A stretch of 56,917 nucleotides of DNA from Candidatus Saccharimonadales bacterium (GTDB lineage Bacteria; Eisenbacteria; RBG-16-71-46; JACRLI01): NCBI GenBank assembly GCA_035542815.1, contig DATKKS010000005.1, forward strand, positions 1-56,917, read 5' to 3'. Positions 52,601 through 56,917 of this stretch are shown here, one piece after another. Positions within the stretch are counted from its first letter, which is position 1. Each line of letters opens with the position of its first letter. The notes under the pieces are model-generated. The model saw only the letters and a program-made list of their open reading frames with translations, did not search any database and had not been told where the DNA came from. Made by a program: the position numbers and the translations under genes.

Positions 52601-53929
52601 ATGCGGGCGCTCGAGTTGGCGCGCCCGCTGCTGGCGTTGGCGGCCGCCGCGCTGCTCGCGGGCTGCGCCCGGGTGAGCCCGCCCACCGCCCCGGGGGCGC
52701 TCACCGGGGTGGACTTCACCAACTACGTGGCGGTGGGGAACAGCCTCACCGCGGGCTTCCAGTCGGGCGGGCTGCTCGACGCGCACCAGGACGCCGCCTA
52801 CCCGGTGCTGCTCGCGCGGCAGGCGGGGCTGGCCGCGTTCCCCCACCCGCGCATCTCTGATCCGGGCTTCCCGGGGCTGCTGGAGCTGGACTTCTCCCAC
52901 CCGGAGCCGCCGCTGCCGTTCAGCATCCTCACGCCGAGCGAGCTGGGCGGCCTGGAGAACCCCGAGCAGGCTCCGTACCAGAACCTGGGCGTCCCGGGCG
53001 CGCGGATCGTGGACTTCTTCGCCAACGACCCCACCAACCCGATGTTCGCGCTGCTGCTGGGCGAACGGGGCAGCATGTGGCAGCAGCTCAAGGCGCGCCA
53101 CCCGCGCTTCGTGACCTTCTGGCTCGGCTCCAACGACGCGTTGAACGCGCTGCTGGTGGGCGACCCGTCGGTGATGACGCCCGCGGACGTCTTCTCCGCC
53201 GCCTACGGGGCGGCGCTCGACTCGGTGCTCTCCACCGGGGCGCAGGTGGCCGCGGCCAACATCCCCGGCATCCTGGACACGCCCTTCGCCACCACCGTGC
53301 CCCCGTACGCCTTCGACCCGGTCACCGGGCGGCCGATCACCTTCCTGGGGCAGAAGATCTACTTCCTCGGCCAGCGCGACGACGGCACCCACGGCACGCT
53401 CGAGCCGGGCTCGCTGGTGACGCTCCCGGCGCTGTCGTACCTGGCGAACGGGGACGGGATCCCGGCGCTGCTCGGCGGCTCCGGCAGGCCGCTGCCCGAC
53501 AGCGTGGTGCTCACGCCGAACGAGGTCGCAGCGATCCGGACCCGCACCGGCCAGTTCAACGCCACCATCCGCGACTCGTGCGCCGCGCACCACGTCCCGG
53601 TGATGGACGCCAACGCGCTCTTCCACCTGTTGAAGGGATCCGGCTACTCGCTGGGCGGGGTGGTGTTCACGACGCAGTGGGTGCAGGGCGGGATCATCAG
53701 CCTCGACGGCATCCACCCCACCGACCTCGGCCAGGCGCTGATGGCCAACCAGTGGATCGCCACCATCGACGGCTTCTACGGCGCCAACCTCCGGCCGGTG
53801 AGCCTGCGGCCGTTCCTGTCGGTGCCCACCGCGCCGGCCGCCTCCGCGCCCGGGGGGTCCCCGCTCGCCGGGCTCGTCCGGGCCGCCCGGAACGTGGACT
53901 GGGCGCGCGTGACGAGGTACGGGTTCTAG
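52601..53929 (+). CDS. SGNH/GDSL-family hydrolase lipoprotein
   Basis: Lipobox LALAAAALLAGC. SGNH blocks are VAVGNSLTAGF, WLGSNDAL and DGIHPT. An alternative GTG start at 52559 overlaps the FadL stop (GTGA). Confidence 0.8.
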   Translation: MRALELARPLLALAAAALLAGCARVSPPTAPGALTGVDFTNYVAVGNSLTAGFQSGGLLDAHQDAAYPVLLARQAGLAAFPHPRISDPGFPGLLELDFSHPEPPLPFSILTPSELGGLENPEQAPYQNLGVPGARIVDFFANDPTNPMFALLLGERGSMWQQLKARHPRFVTFWLGSNDALNALLVGDPSVMTPADVFSAAYGAALDSVLSTGAQVAAANIPGILDTPFATTVPPYAFDPVTGRPITFLGQKIYFLGQRDDGTHGTLEPGSLVTLPALSYLANGDGIPALLGGSGRPLPDSVVLTPNEVAAIRTRTGQFNATIRDSCAAHHVPVMDANALFHLLKGSGYSLGGVVFTTQWVQGGIISLDGIHPTDLGQALMANQWIATIDGFYGANLRPVSLRPFLSVPTAPAASAPGGSPLAGLVRAARNVDWARVTRYGF

Positions 53930-53966
53930 GGGGGCGGGCGAGGCTCTTCATCACTCGAAGCCCCCC
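53929..53966. terminator. Hairpin between convergent genes
   Basis: The sequence is GGGGGGC-gggCGAG-...-CTCG-aa-GCCCCCC, lying between the stops at 53929 (+) and 53970 (-). It has no clear U-tract. Confidence 0.25.
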
Positions 53967-53969
53967 GGC

Positions 53970-54437
53970 TCAGGCGCTCCGGCTCCGCACCACCAGATCC
54001 ACCTCACAATCCAGCACGTGGAGCAGCACCAGCAGCTTGTCGAGGGACTTGCGGTAGTTGGTCGAGTCCAGGAGCCGATACAGCTGGCTGGGGGAGCTGC
54101 GGACACGGCGGATGATCTCGCGCCGCGACAGGGAACTCGCCGCCACCCGCCGCTGGGCCTCCAGGGTGAGCTTGTAGAGCAGTAGATTCCGCATGTAGGC
54201 AGGATCCTGGTTGTAATCCAGAACCTGCTCCACGTGGACCGTCCCCTCCCGACCCGAGTCCAGCGTGTAGGTGAACCCCTCCCGGCCCAGGTCCTCGTCC
54301 ACGTGAACTTCGCGCACGCGGTCGGCGTTCGTGGGGCACGGGCGGCCCTTGGAGTAGGGGAACAGCAGCCGCCCGCGCGAGGTGCTCACCTCGAAGGCCC
54401 TGCGCCGGTTGTTGTGACGCACCGATCGGATCTTCAT
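53970..54437 (-). CDS. XRE-type HTH protein (putative antitoxin/regulator) with an N-terminal DUF2442-like segment
   Basis: ATG at 54437 overlaps the upstream stop (ATGA). The C-terminal LSRREIIRRVRSSPSQLYRLLDSTNYRKSLDKLLVLLHVLDCEVDLVV is HTH-like. The GC is lower than in the flanks. Confidence 0.62.
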   Translation of the reverse strand: MKIRSVRHNNRRRAFEVSTSRGRLLFPYSKGRPCPTNADRVREVHVDEDLGREGFTYTLDSGREGTVHVEQVLDYNQDPAYMRNLLLYKLTLEAQRRVAASSLSRREIIRRVRSSPSQLYRLLDSTNYRKSLDKLLVLLHVLDCEVDLVVRSRSA

Positions 54438-54628
54438 AGCAGACCCTCGGCCTCCAGCTGGTGGATGAGCTCCAACACCCGGCGCGTGGCGCGGCCGACC
54501 ATGGGCCTCCGGTTCTCCAGATCCCACTTTAGGAGGAGCCTGCCTCCACGGTACACATGGACGTGCCGAGGCGTGTGGTCGCCCTGCCAGGTCACGAAGA
54601 CGAATCCTCCCCGCCGCACCTTCCCCAC
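54434..54628 (-). CDS. DUF4160-family small protein (putative toxin-like partner)
   Basis: GGFVFVTWQGDHTPRHVHVYRGGRLLLKWDLE matches the DUF4160 pattern (GGyrFffySnEhnPPHiHVxxgdxeakfwL). The start is GTG. Confidence 0.65.
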   Translation of the reverse strand: MGKVRRGGFVFVTWQGDHTPRHVHVYRGGRLLLKWDLENRRPMVGRATRRVLELIHQLEAEGLL

Positions 54629-54635
54629 ATTGAAA

Positions 54636-54655
54636 TGTTACCTTACAAGGTAACA
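54636..54655. promoter_or_regulatory. 20-bp palindrome immediately upstream of the DUF4160/HTH pair (candidate operator)
   Basis: TGTTACCTTACAAGGTAACA is a perfect inverted repeat. It begins 8 nt upstream of the GTG start at 54628, in an AT-richer stretch. Confidence 0.4.
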
Positions 54656-54693
54656 CTTGTCAATACGTTGTCGCGGCCCGATGCGCCTCGCCG

Positions 54694-55773
54694 CTAATCC
54701 CCCGCCTCCTCCGGCACCACTTCGAACTCCCGGATCTGCGTCCGGCGCAGCACGCGCAGCGCCGCCGGCGCGCCGATGCGGTCCTCCGTGAGCAGCCGGT
54801 GCAGGTCGTCGATCCCGGCCACCGGCTGGCCGGCGAAGCCCACCACCAGGTCGCCCTCCATCACCCCGGCGCGCTCGGCCGGGCCGCCTGCCTCCACCCC
54901 GGCCACCCGCACCGCGCTCTCCACCGGCAGGGCGTGGAACAGCACCACCCGCCGGGGCAGCGGCAGGTTCTGGCCGGCCAGCCCGATCAGCGCGCGCCGG
55001 ATTCGCCCCTGCCGCAGCAGCAGCCCGGCCACGTACTGCGCGGTGTTGACGGCGATGGCGAAGCAGATCCCCTGGGCCGGCCGGATGACCGCGGTGTTGA
55101 CCCCGATGACCCGCCCGCGCGAGTCCACCAGCGGCCCGCCGGAGTTGCCCGGGTTGAGCGCGGCGTCGGTCTGGATGACGTCGTCCACCAGGCGCCCGGA
55201 GCTGGAGCGCAGCGAGCGCCCCAGCGCGCTCACCACCCCGGCGGTCACGCTGCACTGGAAGCCGTAGGGGCTGCCCACCGCGACCGCCAGCTGGCCCACG
55301 CGCAGATGCCGGGAGTCCCCGAACTCCACCGCCGGCAGCCGGTGCTCGTCCACCCGCACCACCGCGAGATCGCTGTGCGGGTCGTCCCCGATGAGGTCGG
55401 CCGCATAGTGCCGCCCGTCGGTGAGCGTCACCTCGATCTCGTGGGCCCCGTGCACCACGTGGCTGTTGGTGAGGACGAAGCCGTCGGCGGTGAAGATGAA
55501 GCCCGAGCCGGAGGCGCGGGCCTCGCGGCCGCCGCGGGGATCGCGTGGGGCGTCCGGCTGCGGCTCGGGCGGCCCGGGCGCGCGGTCGGCGGCGGCGCGC
55601 CGGCCGCGCTCCGGGCGCAGCAGCACGTCCAGGTGCACCACCGAGGGGCTGACCGTGTCGGCGGCCGAGACCACCGCGCGGGAGAAGGAGTCGAGGAGGT
55701 CGGCGTCCTCGGGCGAGGGCGAGTGGGGGGCAGCCTCCGATGGGTCCGGGAGCCTGGAAAGCGAGCTGGTCAT
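54694..55773 (-). CDS. HtrA/DegP-family trypsin-like serine protease with one PDZ domain
   Basis: The catalytic triad contexts are TNSHVV, SDLAVVRV and GNSGGPLV. The PDZ-like segment is VRVAGVEAGGPAERAGVMEGDLVVGFAGQPV. ATG at 55773. There is no obvious signal peptide. Confidence 0.88.
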   Translation of the reverse strand: MTSSLSRLPDPSEAAPHSPSPEDADLLDSFSRAVVSAADTVSPSVVHLDVLLRPERGRRAAADRAPGPPEPQPDAPRDPRGGREARASGSGFIFTADGFVLTNSHVVHGAHEIEVTLTDGRHYAADLIGDDPHSDLAVVRVDEHRLPAVEFGDSRHLRVGQLAVAVGSPYGFQCSVTAGVVSALGRSLRSSSGRLVDDVIQTDAALNPGNSGGPLVDSRGRVIGVNTAVIRPAQGICFAIAVNTAQYVAGLLLRQGRIRRALIGLAGQNLPLPRRVVLFHALPVESAVRVAGVEAGGPAERAGVMEGDLVVGFAGQPVAGIDDLHRLLTEDRIGAPAALRVLRRTQIREFEVVPEEAGD

Positions 55774-55974
55774 ACGTTCCGCCTGGGCGAGAAGGTCTTG
55801 GGTGATCGCTGGATATCGCGCCCGCGGGCCCGAGCATCCCGGGCCGGCCGCGGGGCTTCTGAGGGATTGGATGCGGGGCACGAGCGCGCGGCGCGGGGCG
55901 GGACAATGCACCCCCGGCAGGTGAACCCAGCCCCCAGGCTGAGGGCAATGCGGGTCACCAGGAATCGGCTGCGC

Positions 55975-56187
55975 TTAGAAGCGGTGCAGCCAGCTCGGCT
56001 TCAGCAGCATCACCCAGGCAGGGTTGGTGACGACTGCTGCGAGCCCGCTGACCCACCACGCGGCTTTCCGAGGCACCCTCCACCACCAACGCAGGAAGCC
56101 CAGGGCCAGCAGTCCGACGGCGCATCCGGAGAACAGGAAGCTGTAGCCGATCCCCACCGCGGGGCCGGCGGCGGTCCGCTGCAGCAG
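55975..56187 (-). pseudogene. In-frame continuation of the membrane-protein ORF 56188..56496 after a single TAG
   Basis: It is in the same frame as the upstream ORF and is separated from it only by TAG (56188-56190). It encodes further hydrophobic, Trp-rich segments (GIGYSFLFSGCAVGLLALGFLRWWW...). Confidence 0.3.
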
Positions 56188-56496
56188 CTACGTCGCCGAA
56201 AGGGCCAGGATCGCCCCGAGCCGGTCGGCGGCCTGCCCCAGGATGGTCAATAAGACGAGGCCCACGAGGACACCCCTCCGACCCACAGTGCCTAGTTTGA
56301 TCGCAGGAATGCCGATCACGAGGAGGTTCAGAAGGTAGTTCGCCACCATGAGCGACACGACCATCGCGCCGAACCCGAGCCACGTCCGGCCGCCCACCCG
56401 CATCACGAAGGAAAGATCGACTCCGTCGGCCCGGGCCGTCGTCCAGGCCAGGAACCCCAGGCCGACGAGGAACACGCCCGCCAGGCTACGCCGCAT
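56188..56496 (-). CDS. Hypothetical membrane protein (possibly the 5' part of a gene interrupted by an amber codon)
   Basis: A strong SD (GGGAGGGAG) precedes the ATG at 56496. It has a signal/TM N-terminus MRRSLAGVFLVGLGFLAW and two more TM segments. Confidence 0.55.
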   Translation of the reverse strand: MRRSLAGVFLVGLGFLAWTTARADGVDLSFVMRVGGRTWLGFGAMVVSLMVANYLLNLLVIGIPAIKLGTVGRRGVLVGLVLLTILGQAADRLGAILALSAT

Positions 56497-56917
56497 GCTC
56501 CCTCCCGCGCCCCTTCGCCTCCACCGAGTCGGGATTGAACGTAATCTGATGCCGCGAGCCGGTTGCGATATCTACCTCCCAGAGAGTACCGTTCGCGAGA
56601 GTGTAGTCGATGTCACTGAACTTCACATAGATAATCTCCCGGCCGCCCTCATCCCAAGCAAAGTTCCCTATGGCCACACCGTTGGGAATGATCTCCGTCA
56701 GCACCCCGCTAGGTACATCCAAGATAACTAGCCTCACCAGAGTAGTGCGCCCAGTCGCCCTCCAAGCAGTAAACGCGACCTTCTGACCATCAGGGGAATA
56801 CTGTGGTTTCGACACCATCTCGGAGCTGCTGGTCCACAGCGCCCGCCTCCCTCCACCCGCACTGTCCACCTGACAGAGACTCATCCCTGCTGCGTACACT
56901 ATGTGGCCACCATCAGG
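56486..56917 (-). CDS. TolB-like PD40 repeat protein, C-terminal part (the 5' end lies beyond the window edge)
   Basis: The ORF stays open to the window end (PDGGHIVYAAG...). It carries YSPDGQKVAF and other PD40-like repeats. The GC is clearly lower than the window average. Confidence 0.7.
   Translation of the reverse strand, partial: PDGGHIVYAAGMSLCQVDSAGGGRRALWTSSSEMVSKPQYSPDGQKVAFTAWRATGRTTLVRLVILDVPSGVLTEIIPNGVAIGNFAWDEGGREIIYVKFSDIDYTLANGTLWEVDIATGSRHQITFNPDSVEAKGRGREHAA

Overview
This is a very GC-rich bacterial chromosomal segment. Stop codons are so rare that all six frames carry long spurious ORFs, so I called genes from recognisable motifs, Shine-Dalgarno-like sequences and start/stop overlaps rather than ORF length. 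About 50 protein genes are supportable. I found no rRNA, tRNA, CRISPR array, transposase or integrase. Content, left to right: (1) nadE (partial), thyX, pcp. (2) A chelatase-like AAA+/VWA pair, two tandem TolB-like lipoproteins, and a kynU-LOG-kynB operon. (3) An orphan beta-class DNA methyltransferase, mscL with a zinc-ribbon tail, and pfkA. (4) GNAT, DegT aminotransferase and a deoxyhypusine-synthase-like gene. (5) A 1067-aa secreted HExxH protease with a FlgD-Ig/T9SS-like C-terminal tail. (6) A GT4 glycosyltransferase, an ABC-2 permease, a catalytically degenerate ABC ATPase and an ECF sigma fused to a zinc anti-sigma domain. (7) A TolC-MFP-RND-PII-like-DUF2892 efflux operon. (8) A five-GAF sigma-54 activator, followed by a palindromic upstream site, a -24/-12 promoter, an orphan STAS gene, a highly structured ORF-free region and an SRPBCC protein with a histone-H1-like tail, all facing a membrane HAMP-PP2C phosphatase. 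(9) Secreted proteins and lipoproteins, a degenerate HemC-like gene next to a SirC-like gene, and an ABC-2 exporter. (10) DinB, a GGEEF cyclase, and DUF1579-FadL-SGNH. (11) A lower-GC DUF4160/HTH toxin-antitoxin-like pair, HtrA, a membrane gene split by an in-frame TAG, and another partial TolB-like gene. The sorting-tail type and the many PD40 lipoproteins suggest an uncultivated FCB-like or Gemmatimonadota-like lineage, but this is inference only. The best candidate for an undescribed system is the sigma-54-wired STAS / structured-RNA / SRPBCC-H1 / PP2C island at about 30.7-38.9 kb. All homology calls come from motif recognition by eye. No database search was run.
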